DNA of 64,000 bases from assembly GCA_963824605.1 (NCBI GenBank), contig CAWGPZ010000006.1, positions 72,673 through 136,672 on the forward strand. Direction: 5' to 3'. Below the pieces are notes generated by a model. It did not search any database. It worked only from the letters and a program-made list of their open reading frames with translations, and was not told the DNA's origin. The position numbers and the translations under genes were made by a program. This document shows positions 28,653 through 38,956 of this stretch, in pieces. The DNA comes from an uncultured Actinomycetota bacterium. GTDB taxonomy: Bacteria > Actinomycetota > Actinomycetes > JAHEKZ01. The stretch's first letter is position 1. The number at the start of each line of letters is the position of its first letter.

Positions 28653-29870
28653 TACCTCGAGGGGCTCTTCATCGAGACGTTTCAGCGCCGGTGCCACGGA
28701 TGCTGCCAGAGCGAGAGCGACCGATCCAAGTGCGAAGGCGGCCAGTGCCGTCTCGACGCTGTAGGTCTCGACCACAAGACCAGCCACGGCGTATCCGATG
28801 GGGTAGATGCCGTAGGCCAGTGCAGTGACGACGCCCAGTGCCCTGCCGCGCATGTGCTCAGGTGTCCTGCGCTGCAGGGCAAGGTTGATGATCGGGTTCA
28901 TGGGGCCGAGCAGGATGCCGCCGGCGAAGCCTGCCGCCATCATCACGCCCGTCTCGGGCCAAATCGCGAACACGACCAGTGAGAGTGCAGCTCCCCAGAG
29001 CGAGACCGCGAACGTTCCACGCGGATGTGTCTGGTGTCCGAACGAGCTGTAGAGCAGGGCGCCGATCACCCCGCCGAAGCTGAAGGCCATGACGACAGCG
29101 CCGAGACCGACCGGGTCGTCGTTGCCCTGGTAGATCACCGGTAGCACGATCCCGATCACGGGGTAGGCGAGGCCGACGACACCGGTCGACAGCAGGACCA
29201 CCGTGCGCAGCGGGGCATCGCTGAAGACCAGGCGCAGCCCGTCCACCGTTCCCGCCCAGAAGTACGGACGGTTGTCGTAGTGCGGCCGCCCGGCTCCGGG
29301 TACGTGGACGAAAGCCAGCAGGACCGCTGACGCGATGAACGCCACGGCCATCGCCCAGAAGGCTGACTCGACGCCGATGGTGGCGATGAGACCGGCGCCG
29401 AAAGCGGGACCGACCAGGAACGCCAGGCCCCACACGGCTTCGTGGATTCCGTTGACGCGTTCGAGGCGCATGCCGGTGGCTTGTGAGACGCCGGTCAGCA
29501 TCGACTCACGCGCGGTGACCCCTGCAGGATCGAACACGGCGCCGAGGACGGCGAGGACGAGCACCCAGGTGAAGGTGAGACCGGTGGTGAGCGCCACGAT
29601 CGGGATCGCAGCAACCGACACGGCTGACATCAGGTCGCTGAAGACTGACGTGCGGCGGCGTCCGAGGGTGTCGACGAGCGTGCCGGAGAACAGTGAGGCG
29701 AGCAGCGTGGGAAGGCCGCTGACGAGCGCAACGAGACCGGCGGCGTCTGCGCGACCGGTGATGTCGAGGACCAGCCACGGCAGCGCGACCATCGAGACGC
29801 CGTTGGCAAGACCGGCGAGCAGCGTCGATCCCTCGAGGGCGACGAACGGCATGACACGGGTGCGGGTCAT
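28632..29870 (-). CDS. MFS transporter
   Basis: 412-aa ORF with about 12 TM helices and the MFS motif-A-like GTLVDTLGRRR. Confidence 0.8.
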   Translation of the reverse strand: MTRTRVMPFVALEGSTLLAGLANGVSMVALPWLVLDITGRADAAGLVALVSGLPTLLASLFSGTLVDTLGRRRTSVFSDLMSAVSVAAIPIVALTTGLTFTWVLVLAVLGAVFDPAGVTARESMLTGVSQATGMRLERVNGIHEAVWGLAFLVGPAFGAGLIATIGVESAFWAMAVAFIASAVLLAFVHVPGAGRPHYDNRPYFWAGTVDGLRLVFSDAPLRTVVLLSTGVVGLAYPVIGIVLPVIYQGNDDPVGLGAVVMAFSFGGVIGALLYSSFGHQTHPRGTFAVSLWGAALSLVVFAIWPETGVMMAAGFAGGILLGPMNPIINLALQRRTPEHMRGRALGVVTALAYGIYPIGYAVAGLVVETYSVETALAAFALGSVALALAASVAPALKRLDEEPLEVSVGASV

Positions 29871-30433
29871 GGCGCGTCCTGCGGTGGCGTGGCGATCCCG
29901 CTGACGATCGTGGTCATGACGAGCCTGGGGGCGTCCTGGAGCCAGATACGCCCCTCATCGGCGGTGCCCCAGGCCGTGAGGATGGCGCCCGCGTAGGCGT
30001 CGACGACCCACTTCACCGGAAGGTCGTCGCGCAGTGATCCGTCGGCCTGGCCGCGCTCGATCGCGTCGGAGACAGGCTCGAGCGCCTCGTACCAGCGTCG
30101 GATCAGGTCGCGGGCGTTGTAGACCTCGGGTTCGGCGTGCAGGAACGACAGGCTGGGTCCGAGGGGGACGACGGTGTCGGTGACGCGCTGCAGGGCGTCG
30201 ACCACCGGGCCCTCGTCGGGGTGAGCGCTCGCAATGGCCTCGGCCACGCGGTCGAGGGCATCCTCGACCAGGGCTCGGATCAGGAGCTCGCGGGTGGGGA
30301 AGTAGCGGTGCAAGGTGGTGCGTCCCAGGCCCGCGGTCTCGGCAACGATCGAGAGTGAGGCGGTGCTGTCCTTGCTGAGCACGACGACGGCGGCATCGAG
30401 CAGGGTGCGGCGGGTGTGGTCGGGGCGTCCCAT
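29867..30433 (-). CDS. TetR/AcrR family transcriptional regulator
   Basis: 188-aa ORF with the N-terminal HTH SIVAETAGLGRTTLHRYFPTRELL. Its stop overlaps the MFS gene start, indicating an operon. Confidence 0.85.
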   Translation of the reverse strand: MGRPDHTRRTLLDAAVVVLSKDSTASLSIVAETAGLGRTTLHRYFPTRELLIRALVEDALDRVAEAIASAHPDEGPVVDALQRVTDTVVPLGPSLSFLHAEPEVYNARDLIRRWYEALEPVSDAIERGQADGSLRDDLPVKWVVDAYAGAILTAWGTADEGRIWLQDAPRLVMTTIVSGIATPPQDAP

Positions 30434-30604
30434 GCTGCTCTCCAGATAGCCGGTCGTGATAGGTGGTCCAGGTGGGACACTTCAGTTCCATTTCGGAACA
30501 CGAATGCCCCACTCTACCCGATGCCCACATCGAGGTGCAACGCCGCCTCAACGCCGAAGCGCAGCCTCAACTCCGCAGCGCGGCTCTCCCCACCAGGTTG
30601 GGGA

Positions 30605-30744
30605 CCCCAACCAATTGGGGCCATGACGCATGGGTTCGGTCATTTCGAACCGGTGGTCACTCCATCGATCCCCAGAAATCGAAGCGTGTGGACCAATGGT
30701 GGTGGAGATAGTTCGGTCATTTCGAATCGGTGTGTCATGGCCCC
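30605..30744. repeat. MITE-like intergenic repeat, copy 2 (TIR-to-TIR 30617..30744)
   Basis: The ends are GGGGCCATGACGCA ... TGTGTCATGGCCCC. It has two direct copies of the GTTCGGTCATTTCGAA module and a leading CCCCAA-N4-TTGGGG hairpin. It lies between the menA stop and the tetR start. Confidence 0.8.
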
Positions 30745-30753
30745 TGAAGGGGG

Positions 30754-31629
30754 TTAGGGCAGGGCGAGACCGATGCCGAGGATGAGGCCATAGATGAGCT
30801 GGATCTGGCCGGTGGCGGCCAGCACCGAGACCAGGTCGCGGCCGGACGCCCCCGAGACCACGGCTCCGATCGGCGGCGCCACCGGGATAAAGGCCACCAG
30901 GGCGATGAGGGCGGCCGGAGTCCAACCCACGGACACGACGACGACGACGGCCAGGGCTACCCCGAGTCAGGGCGACGTACAGGACGCGGGTACCTCGGTC
31001 GCCGAGTCGAACCGCCAGGGTCTGTTTCCCGACCGCGGCATCGGTCGGGATGTCGCGCAGGTTGTTGACGACCAGCAGGGCCACTGCCAGTGCCCCGACG
31101 CCACACGCCACCACGAGAGCCAGCCACGTCCACTGCTCGGTCTGGATGTAGGCCGTCCCCATCGTGGCCACGAGACCGAAGAACACGAACACGCTGACCT
31201 CGCCGAGGCCGCGGTATCCATACGGCGTCCGTCCGCCTGTGTAGTACCAGGCCGCCGCAATGCACGCCGCGCCCACCGCGAGCAGCCACCACTGCGCCGT
31301 CAGTGCCACGATCGCCAGGCCCGCAAACGCACCGACCCCGAAGCTGACGCCGGCGGCGCGCTTCACCGCCTCCGGCGCAGCGACACCGGTTGCGGTGAGC
31401 CGCATGGGCCCTACGCGTTCATCATCGGTTCCCCGTACGCCGTCGCTGTAGTCGTTCGCGAAGTTGACGGCCACCTGAAAGGCGAGCGCGACGACCAGCG
31501 CCAGGAGCGCGAGCATCGCGTCGAATGACGAGTAGTACGCAGCGACGCCGGTGCCCGCGGCAACCGGGGCGACAGCAGCGGCAGTGTGCGCGGTCGCGCG
31601 CCCTGCCACCACTCCTGCGGCGTCGCCAT
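30754..31629 (-). pseudogene. menA: 1,4-dihydroxy-2-naphthoate polyprenyltransferase with two frame disruptions (near 31578-31584 and 30960-30970)
   Basis: The N-terminus MATPQEWWQGARPRTLP (ORF 31411..31629) and the C-terminus SVGWTPAALIALVAF..IQLIYGLILGIGLALP (ORF 30754..30936) share one frame. The roughly 610-nt core (AAVAPVAAGTG..NFANDYSDGVRGTDD..NNLRDIPTD) is in another frame (ORF 30548..31612). Confidence 0.85.
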
Positions 31630-31654
31630 GGTCAGCCCTCTCGTCGAGCGACGG

Positions 31655-32821
31655 TCATCGTGTCAGGTAGACGGCCAGCCGCCGCACAGCGGCACGGTCA
31701 GGCTTACCGCTGTCGAGCATTGGCAGCGCCTCCAGCGTGACCACGTCATGCGGCATCCACGTCGCCGGCAGGACGCCGGCAAGAGCCGCGCGCATGTCGT
31801 CGACTTCGACTGCCTCCACTGCCGTCACCATCGCGACGACCTGCTCGCCCCACTCGTCGTCGGGCACTCCCACCACGATCGCTTCGTCGATGCCGGCGGA
31901 CCTGAGCATGGCGCGCTCGACTGCCTCAGCCGGGACATTGACGCCGCCGGTCACGATCACGTTGTCTGCCCGGCCGTCGACGTGCAGGACGCCGTCAACC
32001 TGGCGCCCGATGTCGCTGGTCGTGAACCAGCCGTCGGTGACGGCGGACGGGGACGCGTCGAGGTATCCGTCGAACAGCACCGGTCCAGCAATGCGCACGC
32101 GCCCGTCGGCATCGATCGCAACGTCAACCCCAGGCAGCGGAACGCCGTCGTACACGCAGCCACCACACGTCTCGGTCATGCCGTAGGTGCGGACCACCGT
32201 GACGCCCGCATCGCGTGCACGATCGAGAAGGGCGGCGGACACTGCAGCTCCGCCCACGAGCACTGCATCCAGCGCCCACAGCGCTTCGACGCCGGCGCCG
32301 TCGTCGAGCAGCCGCTGCAGCTGCGTCGGAACCAGCGCGCCGTAGTGCGGAAGCTCTGACGCAGCCATGTCGAGCGACGCGACCGCCTGCACGAACGAGT
32401 CGGCCGTGAAGCCCTCGGTCGAGTCGACCACGACGGGGTCTTGGCCGGAACGAACAGACCGCACCAGCACCTGCATCCCGGCTATGTGGGTCGTCGGGAG
32501 CGCCAGCAGCCAACGGCCAGGGCCACCGAGGGCCAGATGAGTCGCGTCTGCCGACTCGGTGAGCGCCGACCGCGAGAGCACTGCGAGACGGGGTTCGCCC
32601 GTGCTTCCGGACGTGGGCATGACAAGCGCGGTCTCGGGCGGCACCCGGACGCCGGCGCCCACCTCGAGCAACCGCTCACGTTCGACGCCGGACGCGGGAA
32701 CGGGCACCAGCGGCGTGCCACCCCGGAGTGCCTGAGCCAATCGTGGCAAGAAGGCAGCTACCTCTGCCGGGGTGCGCGGCGCGTCCACGAGCTCGAGCTC
32801 GACAGCAGCGGTGGGCGTCAC
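31655..32821 (-). CDS. menE: o-Succinylbenzoate-CoA ligase
   Basis: Internal GTG of ORF 31655..32947. It has the AMP-binding motifs ([19 protein letters not shown]) and lies in men gene context. The exact start is uncertain. Confidence 0.8.
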   Translation of the reverse strand: MTPTAAVELELVDAPRTPAEVAAFLPRLAQALRGGTPLVPVPASGVERERLLEVGAGVRVPPETALVMPTSGSTGEPRLAVLSRSALTESADATHLALGGPGRWLLALPTTHIAGMQVLVRSVRSGQDPVVVDSTEGFTADSFVQAVASLDMAASELPHYGALVPTQLQRLLDDGAGVEALWALDAVLVGGAAVSAALLDRARDAGVTVVRTYGMTETCGGCVYDGVPLPGVDVAIDADGRVRIAGPVLFDGYLDASPSAVTDGWFTTSDIGRQVDGVLHVDGRADNVIVTGGVNVPAEAVERAMLRSAGIDEAIVVGVPDDEWGEQVVAMVTAVEAVEVDDMRAALAGVLPATWMPHDVVTLEALPMLDSGKPDRAAVRRLAVYLTR

Positions 32822-32916
32822 GGCTGCATTCTTGCGCGTCCGGCCCTGATGAGCCGGTCGGGCACCTCCAGTGCGCCGCCCGTACGCTGGGGAGCCGATC
32901 GAACAGGAGCGCCCCG

Positions 32917-33813
32917 ATGACTGATCAGCCCGGCCAGGCCGCCACACCAGAGCACCCCGACGCGGCGACCACGATCAAGCCCGGTGCCAACTGGGTGAAG
33001 GCGGCCGACTACAACGACATCGAGTACCACATTGCCGAGGGCATTGCGAAGATCACGATCAACCGCCCTGAGGTGCGCAACGCATTCCGCCCTCAGACGC
33101 TCTTCGAGCTCACTGACGCGTTCGACCGCGCCCGCGACGACGACGAGATCGGCGTCATCGTCCTCACCGGCAAGGGAGACAAGGCCTTCTGCTCCGGTGG
33201 CGACCAGCGGATCCGCGGTGATGACGGCTACATCGGTGACGACGACGTCGCGCACAAGGGCATCGGCAGGCTGAACGTTCTCGACCTGCAGGTGCAGATC
33301 CGTCGGACGCCGAAGCCTGTCGTGGCGATGATCGCTGGCTACGCCGTGGGTGGCGGGCATGTGCTGCACGTCGTGTGCGACCTGTCGATCGCCGCTGAGA
33401 ACGCGCGTTTCCAGCAGACCGGTCCGAAGGTCGGTTCGTTCGACGGCGGGTACGGTTCCGGTCTTCTGGCCCGGCACATCGGTCAGAAGCGTGCGCGCGA
33501 GATCTGGTTCCTCTGCCGCCAGTACGACGCCGCAACGGCCCTCGACTGGGGTCTGGTCAACGCTGTTGTTCCCATCGAAGACCTTGAGATCGAGACCGTG
33601 CAGTGGTGTCGCGAGATGCTCGAGCACTCGCCTCTGGCGCTGCGCATGCTGAAGGCGTCGCTCAACGCTGCCGACGACGGCCTTGCGGGCGTCCAGCAGC
33701 TCGCCGGCGACGCGACGCTGCTCTTCTACATGACGCAGGAAGCCCAAGAGGGGCGCGACGCCTACGTGGCCAAGCGCAAGCCCGACTTCGGCAAGTTCCC
33801 GAAGCGCCCGTAG
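32917..33813 (+). CDS. menB: 1,4-dihydroxy-2-naphthoyl-CoA synthase
   Basis: Internal ATG of ORF 32728..33813. It is a crotonase fold with [25 protein letters not shown] and GYAVGGGH motifs. Confidence 0.9.
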   Translation: MTDQPGQAATPEHPDAATTIKPGANWVKAADYNDIEYHIAEGIAKITINRPEVRNAFRPQTLFELTDAFDRARDDDEIGVIVLTGKGDKAFCSGGDQRIRGDDGYIGDDDVAHKGIGRLNVLDLQVQIRRTPKPVVAMIAGYAVGGGHVLHVVCDLSIAAENARFQQTGPKVGSFDGGYGSGLLARHIGQKRAREIWFLCRQYDAATALDWGLVNAVVPIEDLEIETVQWCREMLEHSPLALRMLKASLNAADDGLAGVQQLAGDATLLFYMTQEAQEGRDAYVAKRKPDFGKFPKRP

Positions 33814-33818
33814 TCCTC

Positions 33819-34800
33819 GTGCTTCCCACCGCGGACGAGCTGCTCGATGGTGCTCTCGGCTTCTCGATCCCGCTCACCACGACCTTTCGCGGGACGAAGG
33901 TCCGCGCAGGACTGCTACTCCAGGGCCCGGCGGGGTGGGGCGAGTTTGCGCCGTTCCCGGAGTACGGCGCCGACGAGTCGGCGCGCTGGTTGTCCGCTGC
34001 GATCGAAGCAGCGTGGATCGGTTGGCCAGCTGCACGGCGCGAGGTCGTGCCGGTGAACGCGATCGTCCCCGCCGTCGCCCCCGACGTCGCGGCGGCGATG
34101 GTGCGCGACTCCGGCTGCACGACCGTCAAGGTGAAGGTGGCCGAAGCCTGGCCAGTCGGTGACCGATGACGTCGCCCGCGTCGCCGCCGTTCGCGACGCC
34201 CTTGGTCCTGCTGGGCGCATCCGAATCGACGCGAATGGTGCCTGGACGCCGGACGTCGCCCGCGATGCGTTGCGCGCGTTGACCAAGTACGACCTCGAGT
34301 ACGTGGAGCAGCCGTGTGCATCACTGGCCGAGTGTGCGGCGCTTCGACTTGTCGTCGACGTTCCCGTGGCCATCGACGAGGCGCTGCGGAAGGCGGACGA
34401 TCCGCACCGGGTCGTCGGGCTGAGCGAGGCGGCCGACCTGCTGGTGCTCAAGGTGCCGCCACTCGGTGGTGTCCGCCCGGCGCTGGCGATCGCCGAGACC
34501 TACGGTCTGCCCTGCGTCGTGTCATCGGCACTTGACTCGTCGATCGGCCTTGCAGCCGGTCTGGCGCTGGCGGCATCGCTACCGGAGCTGCCGTACGCCT
34601 GCGGGCTCGGCTCGGGTCGTCTGTTGGCAAGTGACGTCACGAGTGACCGACTGCTCCCACAGGACGGCCACCTACGGGTACGACTTCCTGAACCCGACAC
34701 CCACGCGGCCGTAGCGATGGCGACCACAGACCTGGCAGCCTGGAGGCAGCGGCTCACTGCCGCCCTGGCCGCCCTCACCGACACGTCCGGAGCACCATGA
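33819..34800 (+). pseudogene. menC: o-Succinylbenzoate synthase, split by a 1-nt frame disruption near 34143-34148
   Basis: ORF 33603..34169 ends ..TTVKVKVAEAWPVGDR*. The next frame (ORF 34159..34800) continues with the conserved ..DDVARVAAVRDALGP..IRIDANGAW..EYVEQP. Reading that frame back gives AEPGQSVTDD, so the join falls at GCCGAAGCCTGG. Confidence 0.8.
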
Positions 34801-36500
34801 ACCCGTCTACCGCGCTGGCCACGGTCCTGGTCGACGAGTTGCTGCGCTGCGGTGTTCGCGAGGCAGTGCTTGCGCCAGGATCGCGGTCGACCCCGCTCGC
34901 ACTTGCGCTCTACGAGCTCGAGGCGCAGGGACGCGTCCGGCTGCACGTGCGCATCGACGAGCGCAGCGCAGGGTTCCTGGCGCTGGGGCTCGCGAAGGCG
35001 TCCGGCAGCCCGGTGCCCGTCGTCACCACGTCTGGGACGGCCGCGGCCAACCTGCATCCCGCGGTGATCGAGGCCGACCAGTCCGGTGTCCCGCTGCTGC
35101 TGCTCACCGCCGACCGTCCCCCCGAACTACGGGCGACGGGCGCGAACCAGACGATCGACCAGGTGAAGCTCTTCGGCGATGCCGTTCGCCTCTTCGCCGA
35201 GGTTGGCACCCCCGAGCCAGTAGTTGGTCTCACCGCCTACTGGCGAGCGTTGGCAGGGCGTGCGTGGGCCGCGGCGGCCGGCACGCTGACTCACAACCCG
35301 GGGCCGGTGCACCTGAACCTCGCCTTCCGCGAGCCGCTCGTTCCGGATGGAACATACGACTGGCCCGAGCCACTCGGCGGCCGCGAGCACGGTGCGGTCT
35401 GGACGTCGGCTGAGGCCCCCACGCCGGTGGCGCCCAACGTCCGACTGCCGGCGCGCACCCTGGTCGTCGTCGGCGACACAACCCCTGCCGTTGGTCGTGC
35501 GGCCTCGGTCCTTGCCGAAGAGCACGGCTGGCCCGTGATCAGTGAGCCCAGCGGCAATGCGCGTCGCGGTCCGAACGCGATATCGACCGGTGGCCTGCTG
35601 CTGGAAACGGAGTCGTTTCTGGACGCCGCGCGTCCAGACCAGATCTTGGTGGTGGGGCGTCCCACGTTGTCTCGTGCAGTGCTCGCTCTCCTGCGCGACC
35701 CGCGTTCATCGGTCTCGGTGGTGGCGACCACGACCAACTGGGCAGATGCGACGCGCACCGCGATGCAGGTGCTACCGGCCCTGCCCGCCGCAGACGGACA
35801 CCATGAGCCGGATGCTGAGTGGCTCAAGCAGTGGCAGGACGCCGAGGTCTCGGCGAGCGCAGCGATCGACGATGTGCTCGACAGTGCCGAGGCGGCAGAG
35901 CTCGGGTTGGCACGCTCCCTCCATGCGGCGTTGCCGGCCGACTCGCTGCTGTTCCTCGGGTCGTCGATGCCGGTGCGTGATGTGTTCACGGCTGCAGCCC
36001 CTCGCGATGGCGTGACGGTGCTGGCCAACCGGGGCGCTGCCGGCATTGACGGCACGGTCTCGAGCGCGGTGGGGGCCGCGCTCGCGTGGCAGCGCGACGG
36101 TGGTGGACGCGCATTCGCGCTGATGGGCGATCTCACCGCACTGCACGATTCCAACGGTTTGGTCCTCGGTCCCGACGAGCCCGAACCCGACCTCACTATC
36201 GTCGTCGTGAACAACGACGGTGGCGCCATCTTCGCTCTGCTGGAGCAGGGCCAGGAGGAGTACGCCGACGCCCACGAGCGCGTCTTCGGTACGCCGCACG
36301 GCGTCGACTTCGCTGCCTGGTGCGGGGCCACCCAGACTCCGCACACGCGGGCGGCGTCCGTGGGAGCGGCGCTCGATGCGGTGATGGATCCGCGCGGTGG
36401 AGGTATTCGCGTCGTCGAGGTACGGACCAAACGAGACGCGGTCAGGACGGCACAATCAGCACTTCGAGTGGCGGTCGCAGCAGCCCTGACTGACACCTGA
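34797..36500 (+). CDS. menD: 2-succinyl-5-enolpyruvyl-6-hydroxy-3-cyclohexene-1-carboxylate synthase
   Basis: 567-aa ThDP enzyme with an N-terminal PGSRSTPLALA and the ThDP motif GDLTALHDSNGL..VVVNNDGGAIF. Confidence 0.9.
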   Translation: MNPSTALATVLVDELLRCGVREAVLAPGSRSTPLALALYELEAQGRVRLHVRIDERSAGFLALGLAKASGSPVPVVTTSGTAAANLHPAVIEADQSGVPLLLLTADRPPELRATGANQTIDQVKLFGDAVRLFAEVGTPEPVVGLTAYWRALAGRAWAAAAGTLTHNPGPVHLNLAFREPLVPDGTYDWPEPLGGREHGAVWTSAEAPTPVAPNVRLPARTLVVVGDTTPAVGRAASVLAEEHGWPVISEPSGNARRGPNAISTGGLLLETESFLDAARPDQILVVGRPTLSRAVLALLRDPRSSVSVVATTTNWADATRTAMQVLPALPAADGHHEPDAEWLKQWQDAEVSASAAIDDVLDSAEAAELGLARSLHAALPADSLLFLGSSMPVRDVFTAAAPRDGVTVLANRGAAGIDGTVSSAVGAALAWQRDGGGRAFALMGDLTALHDSNGLVLGPDEPEPDLTIVVVNNDGGAIFALLEQGQEEYADAHERVFGTPHGVDFAAWCGATQTPHTRAASVGAALDAVMDPRGGGIRVVEVRTKRDAVRTAQSALRVAVAAALTDT

Positions 36501-36514
36501 GTCCGAACTGTCTG

Positions 36515-37933
36515 GTGCGGGTTGACGGCTGGCCGTCATCGCGTTTGGATCGCATGGTGGGCTACGTGCACGTCGGCGCCGGCGCGCCACTGCTCGGCAC
36601 GCTGACAGGTGAGGTCGACTCCGTCATCGTGGTCGGGGCTGGCGCTGCAGGTGTGACGGTCGCGAACGCCCTGACGGGTGCAAAGGTCCCCACCGTAGTT
36701 CTCGAAGCCCGGGACCGCGTTGGTGGTCGGATCCACACCGTTGACCTCGGTTCCGCGCCGGTCGACCTCGGCGCAAGTTGGATTCACAACCCTCGGGACA
36801 ACCCGTTAAGCGACCTCGCCCGCTCCCTTGGGATCTCGCAGGTTCCCTTCGAGGCCTTTGACGAAGCGTGCGGGTGGGATCCGGCTTCCGGTGACCGGGT
36901 GCCGTCCGCCGAGTTTCGGAATCTGTACGCAACGGCGGAGCAGGTGCTCGCACAAGCCCTGGAGGGCCCGGATGTTCGTCTGCAGACTGGAATCGAGAAG
37001 GCCGCGGCTGAACTAGACTTCCCCGAGCGGTCGCGTGCAAGAGTGTTGGCGCTGGCTCGCGTGTTCACCGAAGCGGACTCATCCGGGTGGCTGGAGGAGC
37101 TGACCGTCCCTGGTTTTCCGGCGAACACCCTTGAGTTTGACGGTTCGCCCATGGGGGACGTGCCGGTGGGTGGTTACCGCGAGCTCGTGGGTGCCCTGGC
37201 TGCTGGCCTCGACGTCCAGCTGGGCTGTGCCGTCACATGGATTGAAGTCGGAGCCGACGGTGTCCGGGTCGGTTGCGAGGATGGGTCGGAGTTTGCCGCC
37301 TCCCATGCGGTCGTGACTGTTCCCTTGGGCGTGCTCAAGGGAAGGTCGATTGACTTCCGTCCAGCCCTGGACTCGTCGAGGTCCCACGCCATCGATCGAC
37401 TTGGGTTCGGCAGGTTCGACAAGCTGGTCATGCGTTACGACCACTCCTACTGGCAGGACATCGACGTCAGTCACCTCGTCTGCACCCCGTCGGACGGCTC
37501 GCCTGCGCCTCAGGGTCTGTTGAGCCAGGACGGCATCCTCGGTCAACCGATCATCATGGCTTTCGCGTTCGGATCAACGCACGCCTGGCTGGCTGACAGT
37601 GAACTGGAGGAGGTGACGGCCGCGGCACACGATCTGCTCTGTCGCGCGCTTGGCAAGGAGCTTCCTCCGCCCGTCGAGTCGCTGCGCAGCGAGTGGTGGC
37701 GGGACCCGTGGACCCGAGGGGCGTACACCTACCTCAAGGAGGGTGCGACGTACGACGACCTCGAAACCCTGGGCAGGCCACATGCCGGGCGCGTGCTCTT
37801 CGCGGGCGAGGCGACCGGTGCGGCGAGGACCGGCTTCGTCGACGGCGCGATCCTGACCGCAGTGCGCGAGGTCAAGCGCCTCACCGGACGCGACTCTGCC
37901 CTCTTGGAGCGACTACCCAGAAGTAACGTGTGA
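36515..37933 (+). CDS. Flavin-containing amine oxidase family protein
   Basis: 472-aa ORF with the dinucleotide motif VIVVGAGAAGVTVANAL, EARDRVGGRI, and a C-terminal FAGEATG. The start is uncertain. Confidence 0.75.
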   Translation: MRVDGWPSSRLDRMVGYVHVGAGAPLLGTLTGEVDSVIVVGAGAAGVTVANALTGAKVPTVVLEARDRVGGRIHTVDLGSAPVDLGASWIHNPRDNPLSDLARSLGISQVPFEAFDEACGWDPASGDRVPSAEFRNLYATAEQVLAQALEGPDVRLQTGIEKAAAELDFPERSRARVLALARVFTEADSSGWLEELTVPGFPANTLEFDGSPMGDVPVGGYRELVGALAAGLDVQLGCAVTWIEVGADGVRVGCEDGSEFAASHAVVTVPLGVLKGRSIDFRPALDSSRSHAIDRLGFGRFDKLVMRYDHSYWQDIDVSHLVCTPSDGSPAPQGLLSQDGILGQPIIMAFAFGSTHAWLADSELEEVTAAAHDLLCRALGKELPPPVESLRSEWWRDPWTRGAYTYLKEGATYDDLETLGRPHAGRVLFAGEATGAARTGFVDGAILTAVREVKRLTGRDSALLERLPRSNV

Positions 37934-37986
37934 GTGTGCTGAGGCCATAGCGTCATCCAACTCACACGTTGTGGTGCCAGGACGGG

Positions 37987-38955
37987 TCAGCCGACTGAGG
38001 CCTTCTTCGTCTCCTCGATGATCGCGGGAAGAACCTTGCTGACGTCGCCGATGATGGCGTAGTCGGCGTAGCCCATGATCGCGGCTTCGGGGTCGGTGTT
38101 GATGACGATCATCGTCTTGGAGTTACGGCACCCGGCGATGTGCTGCGTGGCTCCGCTGATGCCGCAGGCGATGTAGAGGTCGGGCGCGATCTTGGTGCCC
38201 GTCTGGCCCACCTGCTCGATGTGCGGACGCCAGCCGTTGCCGGTGACGACGCGCGAGCAGCCGATCGTGCCGCCGAGCAGCTCGGCAAGCTCTTCCAGCG
38301 GTGCGAAGCCCTCGGCGCTGCCGACTCCCCGTCCGCCGGCCACGACCACCTTGGCGTCGGCCAGCGAGACGCCTGACGACTCGTCGGTGGCCTCGGCCTG
38401 CTTGGCCACGACCAGCAGATCGGCGTCGGCCAGCTCGGGAGTGAACTCGGCGACCTCACCGGCGCCGGAGCCGCCAGGTTCGGCGGCCACCGTGTGCGGC
38501 ACGAGCGTTACGAGCGCGGGTGCGCCGTGCAGGTTCGCCTCTTCGATGAGGCTGCCACCCCAGCGTGCGCGCACCACCTGCGTGGGCGAGCCCGGCGTCA
38601 CCTTGACGCAGTCGGCTGCCACCGGCAGGTCGGTGAGCGCGCCCAGGTGAGCCATCACCTCGTTGCCGCGTGGAGAGCCGGCCGCGAGGACCACCGATGC
38701 ACCGGTCCGAGACGCCACCTCGGACGCCGCGCGCGCTGCGGCAACTGGGGCGTAGCTGGTGAACACATCGTGCACAGCGACATGCACCGTGGCCACGCCT
38801 TGCGCACCAAGCGCAGCCGCGACGCCGGCGTCGCCGACGACGAGCGCCTCCAGTGGTTCACCGGTGGACGCCGCGAGCTCGCGCCCGTACGTCACCGTCT
38901 GCAACGAAGCCTCGTCGATCTCGCCATTCTCGTGGTCGACCAGTACCAGCACCAT
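37987..38955 (-). CDS. etfA: Electron transfer flavoprotein subunit alpha
   Basis: 322-aa ORF with the C-terminal FAD-binding region GGRGVGSAEGF..IACGISGATQHIAG. Confidence 0.9.
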   Translation of the reverse strand: MVLVLVDHENGEIDEASLQTVTYGRELAASTGEPLEALVVGDAGVAAALGAQGVATVHVAVHDVFTSYAPVAAARAASEVASRTGASVVLAAGSPRGNEVMAHLGALTDLPVAADCVKVTPGSPTQVVRARWGGSLIEEANLHGAPALVTLVPHTVAAEPGGSGAGEVAEFTPELADADLLVVAKQAEATDESSGVSLADAKVVVAGGRGVGSAEGFAPLEELAELLGGTIGCSRVVTGNGWRPHIEQVGQTGTKIAPDLYIACGISGATQHIAGCRNSKTMIVINTDPEAAIMGYADYAIIGDVSKVLPAIIEETKKASVG

Positions 38956-38956
38956 G

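Noticed and set aside
30925-30945. GTC GTC GTC GTC (plus strand: GACGACGACGAC) trinucleotide run inside menA, considered as a possible slippage site or repeat feature.
   Set aside because: It encodes a plausible Val run in a TM helix and is in frame. The frame disruption maps about 25 nt away, not in the run.
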